In this document: positions 47,665 through 60,297 of the stretch, one piece after another | How positions within the stretch are numbered: the stretch's first letter is position 1 | How the letters are laid out: the number at the start of each line of letters is the position of its first letter | NCBI GenBank assembly: GCA_043228905.1 | Contig: JBHGNT010000006.1 | Span: 21,886,001 to 21,950,000 of the forward strand | Source: Azolla caroliniana | Taxonomy: Eukaryota > Plantae > Polypodiophyta | Length of the DNA stretch: 64,000 bases | Direction: 5' to 3' | Notes under the pieces: model-generated | What the model was told of the DNA's origin: nothing | Databases searched by the model: none | What the model saw: the letters and a program-made list of their open reading frames with translations, nothing else | Made by a program: the position numbers and the translations under genes

Positions 47665-50600
47665 GCCACCTGCCTAACTCAATCAGTCGGACCACATCTT
47701 GCGTTCATTCTTTCTCGCATTGCCTCACTTCTTCGCCCTGCTTTAGTTGTTTGGCAGTGTTCTTGACCCCAACGGACCTCTTGTTTGCGAGATAATAAGA
47801 TCGACCCCACCGTCCTCGTGGCATGAGGTACTACATTCAATCCTTGGGTCACGTGTGCCTGTTAAAGTTTGCCGATGAATAGGAGCTGGGCTTTAAATTA
47901 AATGAAGTATTTATTTTAGATGTTCCATTCGGTCTCCTATATTTTATTAGTTTGATCCGAACTTTTGAGTGTGTTGTTCTATTAATGACACGGTTCATGT
48001 TGGATCGAGTTCCACACACCTACGTGGCCGATTTGTTAACGCAATGTGGGCTATATAGCCCATGCCCACCACATTTCTTATGTTTTCAAGATTCTATGAA
48101 GATGAAGAGACAAATAAAGTGAAAATGGGTAGTTGTTGGAATGAGACACTTGATCGAGAAACTCTGCATCGTGGAAATATACGATGCACCAATAACTTGT
48201 AGGACATTGAAGGTGAACTTGACATGATGGTCAATGTGGTGCATGTAGAATAAGCAACATGGCAACAAGGTGCAAATTGTGAAATATATTGTCATTTGAC
48301 ATACAAACACAACCAAATGCTCAAAATTGTGCGAGATGCAAAGATTTCCGAATATTGTCATGCGTGAGATGCAAAGATTTCCGAATAAGATATTTGTTGC
48401 CAACACAATCGCACACAAGTTTCAACTCCAAGAAGAGTTGAATGACATTCAACAAAAAGGTATGTATGAAAACCTTGAAGATAAAATTATTGTGTAATTC
48501 TCTTACTTGAACTTTGCCACTATGAACCGTTATATTATATTTCTATTCACCTATTCATCAGAAAAAAGTGAGGCCACCCTTGTCATTGAGGTGTTTCAAA
48601 AAAGTTCTGCCATCATAAAAAATCTTGCCACTAATATCGTGTTGATGTGACAGTTGATATCACGCTAAAATCATTGACATCTTGGTGAGGATTCCTTTAG
48701 ATGAGATCCCATATCTACATCCTCAATGAGTTATTATTGATCATGACAAATAATGCAATATGGATGTGTCTCTTAGTTTTAAAACATAGTTTCTACTCTT
48801 GTTCAATCAATCCCTAAACGACTTGGTAACAATAACATTCTCCAAACTTCAATGTTTGTTTTTGATAGAAACATCCTATGTGCCCACACTCCAACATCTA
48901 TCCTATCCTAGAACCACATATACACACCCATAATATTCTTCACAACTAGAGATTTAAGTGTATTCACAAAAGTAAGTTTTCAAAGTTCTTCCCCCCCACC
49001 CCCCTTATAACACCACCGAATTTTTGTGATAAGGGTGGATCGCCGATCGGTTTGGACTCGCGTGCCGACGCTCCTCACCTATGGGAATCAATGACTCAGT
49101 GAGAGAATTAGGATCTGCTAAACTTCTATCTTAAATAGAAGATCCCTCTTCATTTTCTTATCAATCCCCCCGTATGGTAGTACCTTATGGTAGTGAGTGC
49201 ACTCTAGGGAGGTTCCATCCCTCATTAGCTTATTGAGTGCACTCCAGAGAGATTCCATCCCTCACATTGCACTTTGGCAATGGTAAACATGCCACAAACC
49301 CATGACTCCCACATTGAGTCACGAGTGCCTTCTCCATCCTTTGAGAACACTTAGAAGCCCACTACTCATACCTCAAGTCATGGGCGCCTTCTCTATCCGT
49401 CGAGAAAGGTCCTCACCTCAATCCATCAGAGGTGGTGTGTTGTGGTTCCAATCACGGAACCCCTCAACACATCGGATGTGTTAGACCCTCCTTGGCGTTT
49501 GGCAATTGGCTAAACATGCACCTCAACCACCATAATCTCTAAATACAATAACATAAATAAAGATGTTAGCACATTAGGACATGGCAAATATGTTGTCCTA
49601 CTAGAATTTTGTGCCTTAGAAAATGATTTTGGTCCATTAATCTACTTAATGGAGCAATATTAGAAGCTATGTTGCTTAGAATAAGATATGAATAGAAGAA
49701 ACTACCTTAGTAAGAGACACCCTCCTAGCCAGTTGGATGGAATCTATAAATTTTGACTTGACAAGTGTAACGAGACATCATATATCTCCAAAGTGTATTA
49801 TTTATGAAAGCTCACAACTAGAAGCAATGAAGATAGAGAGACCCATAAGCTATGTATGTGCCATGTGGTAAGAGAGCACATATAAGGTTCAATGGGTCAA
49901 TGACACCATATAGGTTGTGAGTGCTCGTAAACTAGTAATAGTGATAATATTACAAATGGTACAAAGATTTTTTAAACTTTAATCATATAATTGTTGGAAT
50001 GCAGCCACTAAGACCGCTGGGAAATGGTCATCAATGTCATGATTAATTTCCACAAGTTCAAACTTCCATGAGTGAAAATCAACTTCATGACCTCTCCATT
50101 GCCTTTGCTTTGTGGCAAAAGTACACCTTAGTGCAAAAATTGGATGCATCAATAGCTTGATCCAATTGTTCATAAATGGAAAATCATATTGTTGTCATTG
50201 ACAACCTTGATCAATCCTTGATAACTCATGAACAAACAAAACTAACTCCTAACAATAGTGGCTTCACAACATTAATATTGTGACTTGTCACTTCTTCTTT
50301 ATAGAAAACGAGTACAAACACTATTTAAAAGGAAATGCTACAAATACATAAAGTTTACTATGAGGTCAAAAGTTTACGCTCCAATAAGAATAGGTTGACA
50401 ACAATGATGATCTTCATATTTGCTAAAAAGTGAAAAAACCAATAATTCTTGTTGATCTCTTAAAAGAAAATGTTAGACAAACAATTTCGGTAGCTTGCGA
50501 GGTGAACATTATCAGTTCTGCCGCTCGCGAGCTGAATATTAAGAGTAAATGTTACAACTTACAAGCATAACCGTAACCGTAGTTGTGGGCTAATTTGTAA

Positions 50601-51182
50601 GGATGAAGTGTGAGGATTGAGTTATCTCAATCCTAAGGTGGGAGATAACTTTCGAGTGTTTCATCACCTGGCTACTTTTTATAAAAAAATGAACCAAGTG
50701 GGAAACACACACAAGGGCCTTGGGTTTGAGCCTATATAAAAAAGGCTACCTACCTACATGAAGGGGGGGTCTCTTTTCTTTACGGGTTTGAGATAGAGAC
50801 TCTGATAGCGTGGCAAAGCTCTAGGTTCATACACATGTGCCTCCTTCTTCTTCAAACCCAAGGTACAATCCATGTCCATTCACGGTGGTATGGGACACTA
50901 GTGGGGGGACTTGGATCCGTAATTCACCTTCGCGACGGGGTGATCAGCTGGACTTGTGCCCTTTCTTCGTTATTTTCCTTTTTAAAATTGCTTAATATTA
51001 ATGAAGATTCTAACAGTAGCACAAACAAAGGTTTTGAAATCGACGAGTGTAAAGATGAGCGCTACATACAGGTTATAATTGCCCTTGAATTAATGCTACC
51101 CATTCTCAAACATGTAACAAGAGTTCCAATTGCGATGTATAGACAAATTTAAGAGCTCGGCGATGTGAGGGAGGAGGTTGCA

Positions 51183-51636
51183 GGGGCATTTTGGAAACTA
51201 ATTTTCAGTTTTTAGGAGCTTGGCAAGAGAAAAAAGCCACCAAGGGTATTTTTGATAATTAGGGGCATTTTGGTAATTAAGTTAAGTTTTTAGGAGCTTG
51301 GCAAGAGATAAAGCCTCCAAAGGTATTTTTGATAATTAGGGGCGTTTTGGTAATTAATTTTTAATTTTTAGGACCTTGGTAAGAGAAAAAAACGTTCAAG
51401 AGTATTTTGGTAATTAATTTTCATTTTTTAGAAGCTTGGCAAGAGAAAAAAAACCTCCAAGGGTATTTTTGATAATTAGGGGCATTTCGGTAATTATTTT
51501 TCAGTTTTTAGGAGCTTGGCAGGTGAAAAAGCTTCCAAGGGTATTTTTTTTTGATAATTCGACGGGTATTTTGGTAATTTTGTAAAATCCGCGGCTTTGG
51601 AAGAAAAGAAAGCTGGAGGGGTATTTTCGGTAATTT
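51183..51636. repeat. Degenerate minisatellite of about 78 bp immediately upstream of the PPR gene
   Basis: Recurring GGGGCATTTTGGTAATTA...TTTTTAGGAGCTTGGCAAGAGAAAA...CCAAGGGTATTTTTGATAATT units, about 5-6 copies. Confidence 0.85.
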
Positions 51637-51934
51637 CATAGAAACCAGAAAGCGATCCATCATTTTTCATTAAAAAGAAACAAAAATCAATCAAAATTTG
51701 ACCTCATCATCGGGAAGGAACAGGGGGTAAATGGGTGATCCTGATTCAAGGCCTAGACCAATTCATCTTCTTCTCTAGTTTGTTTTGAATTCAAATATGA
51801 GAGACATTTTCCAGGTAATGTTCTTACTCTCTTTGTTGATTCAATGGAATAGAGCACCCCATACATATAGATCGAGGTTTAAATGACCTTTAGAACAAAT
51901 CTAATGCAAATTCTGCATACAAACTGGGACCATA

Positions 51935-54502
51935 ATGGTTATCATACATGAAGGGCTCTCTTTCAGCCCTGTAGAACAACTGCCCATGTTAGACGATGTG
52001 TTCTATGTGTTACAAGAATGGAAACATGCCAAAAATACTGCATGTCCTAACATCTTATATAGTAATATTTGTGGAAGTGGATTTGATACGCATAAAATCA
52101 TAGGAAATGGACTTGTCTCATCGTTTGTTGCATGTGGAAGCATTACATTATCTCAACAAATCTTCAATAGATTGGATCATTGTAGAGATGAACTCTCTTG
52201 GAATGATCTTGTGCAAGGATATGTAAAGTCGGGCCAATATGAACAAGCCCTTGAATTGGTATGCAAAATGGATGAGATTGGTTATATAGGCTTTAGAAGA
52301 TGTACATTTCTTGCACTATCGAGTGCTTGCATTAGGTTAAAGTGTATCAAAATAGGGTGGGAAACTCATGCTTTGGCTGTCAAAGAAGGTTATGAAAAAG
52401 ACGTGTTTGTTGGGAGTTCTTTGATTGATATGTATTCCAAGTTGGGTTTTCTTGTGGAAGCACGAGAAGTTTGCGAAGACATCGGTTTGCAACGAAATGT
52501 GGTCTCTTGGAATGCTCTTATTTCAGGTCTTGCCCAATTCGGAAACTCTGAAGAAGTGATTGAAAGTTTAGAAGTTATGCAAAATGAAGGAATCTCACCG
52601 GATATAGTAACTTTTATCTCTAGCCTGAGGGCGTTTACTATTGTTGAAGATTTGGAAAAAGGGCAAAAGCTACACAAGTATATAGTAATGGTTGGATTTG
52701 ATAAAGATGTTGTCATTGGTAATACACTGGTGAGCTTATATGCTAAATGTGGCGCATTTATAGATGCCCAATATGTGCTCAATGGGAAACTCTTTCAAGA
52801 TGAGATCTCGTGGACTGCACTTATTACTGGATATGTAGATTGCGGGATGGGTGATGAAGCTCTCAGGTGTTATGAGAAAATGCAACTTCATGGTGTGTCT
52901 CCTGATGCTGTTACTTTATTGTGTGGATTGAAAGCTTGTGGGATGATTGAAGGGATTGAAAAGGGATACAAATTACATTTTGAGATTGCAAAAGAAGGAC
53001 TTGAAAACGATCTTTTCCTTGGGAATGCATTGGTAGATATGTATGTAAAATGTTATCAAATGGTAGAAGCATGTGATGTTTTTACCGAGCTTCCATTCCG
53101 AGATGTAGTGTCGTGGAATTCATTGATTGCACTTTATGCTGATCAGGGTCTCTTAGAAGAAGCATTAGCATGTCTGGAACAAATGGAAATGTCTGGCACA
53201 GCATCACCGAATGCCATTTCGTATGTGCACACTATAAAAGCATGTGTTCGAGGATTCTCACCCCTATCTAAAGGCATGCAATTGCATGATAGAATCATAC
53301 TACATGGCCATGAAAGAGATCCATTTGTCAGCAATGCATTGGTTGATATGTATGCAAAATATGGGTCTCTTGATGATGCTCATTGTGTATTCGACAACAT
53401 TTCAGATAGAGATGTGGTCTCTTGGAATGCACTTATCACAGCCTATGCAATTTTTGGTCTTTGTGAGGATGTGGTGAAGTGCTTCCTAGAAATGAGGATA
53501 GAAGGTAAAGTGCTAGATGCTGTTACTAGTGTTAACATTCTTAAAGCTTTTGGTAATGCAGGTATTGTAACTAGCAGTAGTCAAGAAATGCACGCTGAGA
53601 TTGTAAAAGCCGGAATAGATGAAGATATAATAGTTGGAAACACACTTGTGGATATGTATGCTACATGTGGCGCATTCACTGAGGCCTGGAATGTGCTTAC
53701 TAAGCTTCAAGTTCAAGGTATTATATCTTGGAATGCATTATTATCTGGGTATGTTGAACATGGAATGATGGATGAAATTCTAAAGTGCTACTTACTTATG
53801 AGAAATTCCAATGAATTTTTTCCCAATGCCATAACGTTTTTATGTGTTTTGGTTGCATGTGGTGGATTAGGATCCATATCCAACGGTTTAGAGGCTCATA
53901 TACAGATTGTTAAAAAAGGGTTTGATGACGATAACATCATTGGCAATGGGCTCATTGATATGTATGGGAAATGCGGTCTGATGGCTGAAGCTCAAGCAAT
54001 CTTCGATGCAATGACTTATAAGGATATTGTCACATGGAACACACTTATTACTGGGTATGCCAGTGAAGGAGAGAGCAAGAGCGTGCTTGATATTGTAGAG
54101 TCAATGAAGGAGAACAGGGTAAAACTTGATGATGTAACGTTTCTTAGCCTTCTCGTGGTTTGTAGTCATGGAGGTCTTTTAGATCAATGCCAACACTTGT
54201 TTATTACTATGAATCAAGTATATGGTATTCGTGCATCAAACAAACATCATAATTGTATGCTCGATCTTCTTGGAAGAGCAGGACGGATCAATGAAGCTGT
54301 GGCTGCATTGGAACAATTGCCTTATCAACCTGACCATGTAACATGGAATACCATCCTAGGTGCTTCTCAAAAGTGGTCATATTTAGAATTTGGGCATGAT
54401 ATTTTTTATCATTTTATCTCACAGGAGATTAAACATTCTGCAGCATTTGTAATGTTTTCTAATTTATGCATGGACAATAATTTATTGAATATCATGGATT
54501 GA
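51935..54502 (+). CDS. PLS-class pentatricopeptide repeat protein with an E-type C-terminus (organellar RNA-editing factor type), 855 aa, intronless
   Basis: Repeated P-L-S motifs (DVFVGSSLIDMYSK, RDVVSWNALI, PDAVTLLCGLKAC), then HHNCMLDLLGRAG and E-domain PDHVTWNTILGA...AAFVMFSNL. No DYW domain. Confidence 0.93.
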   Translation: MVIIHEGLSFSPVEQLPMLDDVFYVLQEWKHAKNTACPNILYSNICGSGFDTHKIIGNGLVSSFVACGSITLSQQIFNRLDHCRDELSWNDLVQGYVKSGQYEQALELVCKMDEIGYIGFRRCTFLALSSACIRLKCIKIGWETHALAVKEGYEKDVFVGSSLIDMYSKLGFLVEAREVCEDIGLQRNVVSWNALISGLAQFGNSEEVIESLEVMQNEGISPDIVTFISSLRAFTIVEDLEKGQKLHKYIVMVGFDKDVVIGNTLVSLYAKCGAFIDAQYVLNGKLFQDEISWTALITGYVDCGMGDEALRCYEKMQLHGVSPDAVTLLCGLKACGMIEGIEKGYKLHFEIAKEGLENDLFLGNALVDMYVKCYQMVEACDVFTELPFRDVVSWNSLIALYADQGLLEEALACLEQMEMSGTASPNAISYVHTIKACVRGFSPLSKGMQLHDRIILHGHERDPFVSNALVDMYAKYGSLDDAHCVFDNISDRDVVSWNALITAYAIFGLCEDVVKCFLEMRIEGKVLDAVTSVNILKAFGNAGIVTSSSQEMHAEIVKAGIDEDIIVGNTLVDMYATCGAFTEAWNVLTKLQVQGIISWNALLSGYVEHGMMDEILKCYLLMRNSNEFFPNAITFLCVLVACGGLGSISNGLEAHIQIVKKGFDDDNIIGNGLIDMYGKCGLMAEAQAIFDAMTYKDIVTWNTLITGYASEGESKSVLDIVESMKENRVKLDDVTFLSLLVVCSHGGLLDQCQHLFITMNQVYGIRASNKHHNCMLDLLGRAGRINEAVAALEQLPYQPDHVTWNTILGASQKWSYLEFGHDIFYHFISQEIKHSAAFVMFSNLCMDNNLLNIMD

Positions 54503-55789
54503 TTTGAAGGCCTGAACTATGATCGATTTTCCTCCAAGGGTCTGATATGATCGATATAAGGTGAAATAATGACCTGACAAGTCAAGGAGTTAAAGAATCG
54601 GTGCCATTGGCAGGGGATCAAACTATTGGGTGTCGGATCGACCAGCCAAAGAGGGAAAATTTTTCTTCAAGTATACTTTTGAAGAGATTATGCAAAAAGG
54701 TTAAACTGCAAGAAGACAATCAAGCTTGTCAAATCTGCTTGCGAAGAAGATTCACATGCGGCCAATAGTAGATATGTGGTCTTTTCCAGATAAAGGTGTT
54801 TCACTTGCTTCACATTCCGAAATATTATCGCAAACACCAGGAAGATAACAAGAGTTTGGAATGAATTCTCCTTGCATGCACTTCACTTGGAATCGAATTT
54901 CGATCACAGCCACACAACATGGATTATAGCCATCTCATGACTCGCAGTGCGATTGAGGATTTCATGTGGAAGGAATAGTGAGAGGACTGAGTTTGTCAAT
55001 CTCCTCTACATGTTAAACACAGGAACAATTCTTCCTATGCATATAGTAACCCAAATGCAATCCCTTCATGCTTCGTCAGTCCAAAGAAGCACATTTCCAT
55101 TTGTTGAGTGCATAGGTGCATGTTTTGGAATGCTTGTAGCAATGCATCTGTTATGCACACACAAATAACCATAGGATTCAATAAACCAAACATTGACCCA
55201 TCACTTAGCATGAAAAATGCATCTGTCGGCAGTAATGAAGGTCCAAAGAGAGACCAAACAAAGCTCACACGAGGATTGCTAATCCATTGTATAGTCACAA
55301 AATCCGCTTTTTGTCAATGTACATGGGGCAATTGTTGCATGGGACATCACAATGTCAAAACAAAATTATAACGAGAAGGTTGGTAAGAAAGTTTGGACCC
55401 AAACATCTCATATTTGTAGCTACTCGATGTAAGCAAATTTATAAGCAACAGTATACTAGATCATGACAAATAACACCTTGGCCTAAATGGAGTAGTAAGA
55501 AACAAACTCAACTTGCATAGTGTGTGAACACATGCTTACTGGGCCATCTTGATTAAAGGCTCACTATTGGTCATACTTGAAAACAAAAATATTGTGAGTA
55601 ACATAGAATATTGTATCTAACATGTCATGTACATTAAATGAGAAAGTATATGAGGAACATTTCATACGTATACATTTAATGAGAGAATATTCTCCATTCT
55701 ACTCCCTCTAATATTGGTCAATGTAGAGAGAACCCTAAACCCTAACATGACATGTCATACGATTGGACTACAAATTGGATCAATCATTT

Positions 55790-56709
55790 ACATAAAGGTG
55801 GATATGCAAATAATGTAAACAACTATCGAACCATCGTGCTTGGCTCACTAATGGAATATGTAAATAATGGAATCAAAGATAAGTGCACGAGCTAAAAAAA
55901 ATGGTAAGAGAATTTCTGGACAAGTTGGCTTTCGAAAATACCATAACATCATTGATCACCTTGTTACCCTTCAAATATCAATGGAGGAAAGTTGCTTGAG
56001 AGGTAAAGGTTTATATTGTTGCTTTGTAGACTTCAAGAAAGCTTTTGATATGGTACCTTGTGAACATCTTTGGAAGCAAATGGAAGAACTCGAGGTGCCA
56101 AGTGAATATATGCTTGCAATATCTTGAATCTATGAGAAAGTTGCTCTCATGATATGCTTGCAATATCTTGAATCTATGAGAAAGTTGCTCTCATGATATG
56201 TTGCCTCAAGGTCTTACCATTAGGATACATAGTGTAATACACAAAATATTATTTTCATTTGCTATTTCACCTAGATTTTAGAACTTTCCGGAATAATCTA
56301 GAAAATTCATAAATATTCTAGAATACTTTGGAACATTCTAGAAACTTCAAGAATACTCAATGCCCTATAAACATAGGCATATTTTACTATTCACAACCAA
56401 TTCGGTTCAATGCTAGTCTTAAGCCTCTAAGCTATTCCTATCCTTGTACTCCTTTTCTTATAATATATTTCCTTTTATCATACTTCTCTCCCTCTCTTTC
56501 TCTTGTGATTCTCTCACTCTTCCCCTCCTCTTTGTCTCTGAATCTTGACAATTATATGTATATGTTGTGTGCGTATGGGCGATAAACTTTTAGATTTTTT
56601 TAGTAGCACTATTGGTGTTAAGCAAGGATACCCACTCTCACCAACTCTATTTAGTTTATGCATTAATGAATTGGAAGAAATGGTTGCCAAACTTGTAAAG
56701 GAAGGTGTT
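55790..56709 (+). mobile_element. Decayed LINE reverse-transcriptase fragment, interrupted by an LTR fragment
   Basis: NYRTI, QVGFR, CFVDFKKAFDMV and, after the insertion, TIGVKQGYPLSPTLFSLCINEL. 44-bp tandem duplication at 56108-56195. Confidence 0.88.
56199..56550 (+). mobile_element. Solo or partial LTR of the Tf-like Gypsy family, with an extended HSE array at 56281-56358
   Basis: Shares GGAACATTCTAGAAACTTCAAGA, the TATA box and GTTCAA(C/T)GCTAGTCTTAAGCCTC with 13639-14076. Splits the LINE RT. Confidence 0.82.
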
Positions 56710-57314
56710 CTCATGGGGAGCAACGGTGTGGGGAATATTACACTCTAGCTTGATGTTGTATAAGGTAGATGATATACAAGAGGCCATGACGGCATATAAC
56801 AGAAGATTGATATCAGTTAGTCCGTTTTAGCAACTTCGAAAGCAGATGCGATCTGTCCATATCTGGAAAACTGTGACTACGATAACATTATGGGTATTAT
56901 GGAAATGTAGATGTAGTCGACTTTACGATGCCGCAAAGCTTGGCATTCCAGAGATATTGCTTGAGATATGGGAAACATTGTTGATAGTAGTTCGTGGGCA
57001 GTATGATAACATGTCTAGTTCTCCAGAAAATATTCATAAAAGAAGGATGAAGCTTCGTCACTTATGGAGGAAGGTGCCTCTCTTTGTAATGACAAACCAA
57101 AGACCTCAATGGAATTATCATCTTCCATGGACCCTTTCTTGATATAAAACCAACATGTTAATGTATCATTTAAGGCTCAACAACCCTATATAAGCTGTTT
57201 TTGTATGTACAAGTTTAGGTGTACATACATTACGTTGTAAGCCTACGGGCAGATAACTTTTACTTGTACTTTCTCGATGTTTTAATACTATTGAAGAAAA
57301 TCTTTCAAAGAAAA
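56710..57314 (+). mobile_element. 5'-truncated L1-type LINE 3' end with a 21-bp target-site duplication
   Basis: AAACTTGTAAAGGAAGGTGTT at 56689-56709 and 57315-57335; A-rich 3' end. ORF with TLWVLWKCRCSRLYD resembles the W..W..RN motif at the end of plant L1 ORF2. Confidence 0.85.
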
Positions 57315-57619
57315 AAACTTGTAAAGGAAGGTGTTATGAACATATAACAAAACACCAAACTCGTAATAGAGATTTGAACCCATGACCTCCTTGGTCATGA
57401 TCGTTTGCAAGTGATGGCCATTAATGCCTTTAAGGCACCCACAGATTCAACATTTACTAATTCAATTTGTTGTGATCTTGAAGTAAACGAATTAGCACAA
57501 GATCTGTTGAATCATATCATTCAATATCGTGTTTATTATTCAAGGTTCATGAATTCTCGTAAAGATTATTTAAATCAGTTTAAGCTCTCGTACGCCTCCC
57601 TTATGAAGTCTTCCATGTT

Positions 57620-58505
57620 GAGCGCTCTTCCTTGGATGGTAGTGGATCAACCCTTCTCGCCTTCCTTTGACCTTCCCTTTGTGGCTCTACCGATGTTGAT
57701 AAGATGGGCTATGTCGATGTTGAACTCAGTACCATTGTACTCATCCCTATTGAGCACTCTTCCTTGGATGGTAGGGGGTTGACGCTTCTCGCCTTCCTTT
57801 GAACTTTCCTTATGGCTCTGTCGATGTTGATAAGATGGGCTATGTTGATGTTGAGCTTTCTTCCTTGGATGGTAGTGGGTCAACCCTTCACCTTCCTTCG
57901 ACCTTCCTTTATGGGATCTCCCTTCTGAAGGCTCCCATGTCGAGTGCCATCGTACTCTTCCCTTTTGAGCTCTCTTCCTTGGATGGTAGTGGCGCGACCC
58001 TTCTATCGTGTCGTTGGCATACGCTACCCACTTTGATCCAATCTTCAGTTAGCCCATTTGCTCCATCGTCATCCTAAAGTTGGACTTCAATGGTCATACT
58101 TTCTATTTGATAGATGAACATCACAAACATTAATATTGTACTCACCCCCACTCGTTTTTTATCCCGTCTCGAGAGTTGAGCAAAACAAAGCTCAAACTCT
58201 TAAAACACATGTATGACACTTTTGTGGGTCTTCGTCGATGCTACCCATAGGCCCAATTCTTACCAGATTCTTTCCCTCATCTCTTTGTAGTTGTACTTCT
58301 CCAGTAGTGCGTCCTTGAAGGATTCCCATGAGTCATGAGCTTTTTGTAGCCTCTTGACCTCTTCGTACATTGACACACCCACCACCCGGAGAAAACATTG
58401 GAGCCTCATTGGTTCATTCACCTCTTGGTGACTCATTTCTGCTTTGTAGTCTTTTAAAAATTTTGGGATGCTGTATTCGTTAAAACAATCAATTGTTTTG
58501 ATCAC
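57620..58505 (-). mobile_element. Gypsy gag-like remnant with adjacent degenerate repeats
   Basis: ORF 58260-58505 (FNEYSIPKFLKDYKAEM...SWESFKDALLEKY) resembles retrotransposon capsid. TTCCTTGGATGGTAG repeats near 57628, 57760, 57861 and 57976. Confidence 0.5.
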
Positions 58506-60178
58506 CCCTTCAATGTCATGTTGTGTTACTTCTTGTCTTTCTCTTCCTTCACGAACCCATCATCATCCTTGACATCATCTCCATGAAATCTTCATCGGTC
58601 GTCGCCATCTTCCCTTGCTGCTCTTTCACATCGGGTTAACCAAATATATCATGTAAATGCACGTGCGTGTGGTACTTGGGCAGGATCATGGGGGTCTTGG
58701 ACTAGGGATGATGCAAAGCTAATGAGGACACAAACATAAGGGAATCAAAGGATTTGAGATATCAAAGGCTCCTTGGAGTTGAACGCTTGGAGGTGTCCAA
58801 GGCTCGGAGGACTCGAACACTCTGATCTGAGTCCAAGGCTTCGAGGACTCCAATGCTCCAAGGAGTTGAAAGCTCCAAGGACTTGAATATTCTTGGGAGT
58901 CAAACATAAACGATGCGAATGTGCCTTTATCTTCTCCTCTCTTCCATGAAGGTTTGGGGGGGACAAATTGCATGCTAGGTTAGGCTTAATACACAAGATT
59001 AGCGTAAATACTAAAACCAAATGAACTCATATTAAGATTTAGACAGTAATTTATATGAGAAATCCCTTTATAAGGTAGGGTTTACAAAATGTTCACAAAG
59101 AATAAGTACAACGGTGGTAATTGCAAGATAACCACTCAACATCAAATGGGAATGAAAGTTGGGTGGATAGTCGAGTTCGTTTGAAGGTGCGAGTTAAGTG
59201 AGACCTCACCTACATTCAATGGCAATGGCCTTGAGTTGAAGTAAGGATCTCGGGCCACTTCATGCTCCCCTTCTACGACCGGTGCGTGAGTTCGCCAAAC
59301 CCCTTCTTTGAATGAGTTTGGTGATGATGGAGATTGTGGATTAATGAAGGAATATCAAATATGAAGGAATGAGCTTGGGAAAGATCCAAGAGACCCGATT
59401 CAACGACTAGAAAATGAAGGGGCAAGTTCCGATTAAGCATCCCACTCTTAACTTAGCATGAGGGAAGGCATTGAGCAACAATCTCAACCATGCATAGTAT
59501 GTGAACATATGCTTTGTGGGCCATGAGCATTAAAGACTCATTATGAGTCATTCTTGAAAGAGAAAATTGTAATTGAAATGTCATATGCATTTAGTGAGAG
59601 AATATTCTATTACCGTCTCCCTCTAATGTTGGCTCTTGTAGAGAGAATGTAGAGAGAGGTGACTCTAGATAAAGCACCCTCCTCCCATCTTTTTTGTTGC
59701 CCATCTTATTTTTTGTTATCAAATCTTTTCTTGTTGTGAATCTCTATCTCATCTTGCTCATACACATAACACCACACAAAGTCCTATAGGAAATAGAATT
59801 ACAACTTCTAGCTCAGAGTCTACTTCTAGCTCAAGTTCTATGACCAACCTTTACATTTGAAGTAGAGTCTTGTCCGTTTGGCGCAATAACCATTGTTAAA
59901 CATAGATTGATGCATGGATTGGTACAAATGGTGTCTAAAGAAACTATCAATCTCAAATTTATTTTAGTAACTATATCTTCTAATGCGGCACACAAAAATC
60001 TGGAGTTTAATGCAAGGGGTTTTCTCTTGCAAGGCTTATTACTTTCAACTAGTGTTTAAATATCTAGAAGGAATTAATTTCAAACTATCGAACTACATTA
60101 AAGTGGTGGAAAATAATGACCATTAATTCATTTGCTTTTGTGATCTAATATCTCACCAACACTATGGCATATGACAAC

Positions 60179-60218
60179 TGTAAACGTGACTGTTTGCGGA
60201 AGCGTAAAACAGAGAACA

Positions 60219-60297
<79 letters not shown>

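Noticed and set aside
47167-47795. Several long ORFs (YTYT, ICIC, MYMY, HIHI)
   Set aside because: Translations of the (TACATA)n microsatellite.
51183-51636. CRISPR-like regular repeats
   Set aside because: Whole units are homologous (minisatellite) with no unique spacers.
54947-55400. Minus-strand peptide faintly resembling a LINE zf-RVT region, or a downstream DYW exon
   Set aside because: The cysteine/histidine pattern is incomplete and no HSE..CxxC/DYW motif is seen.
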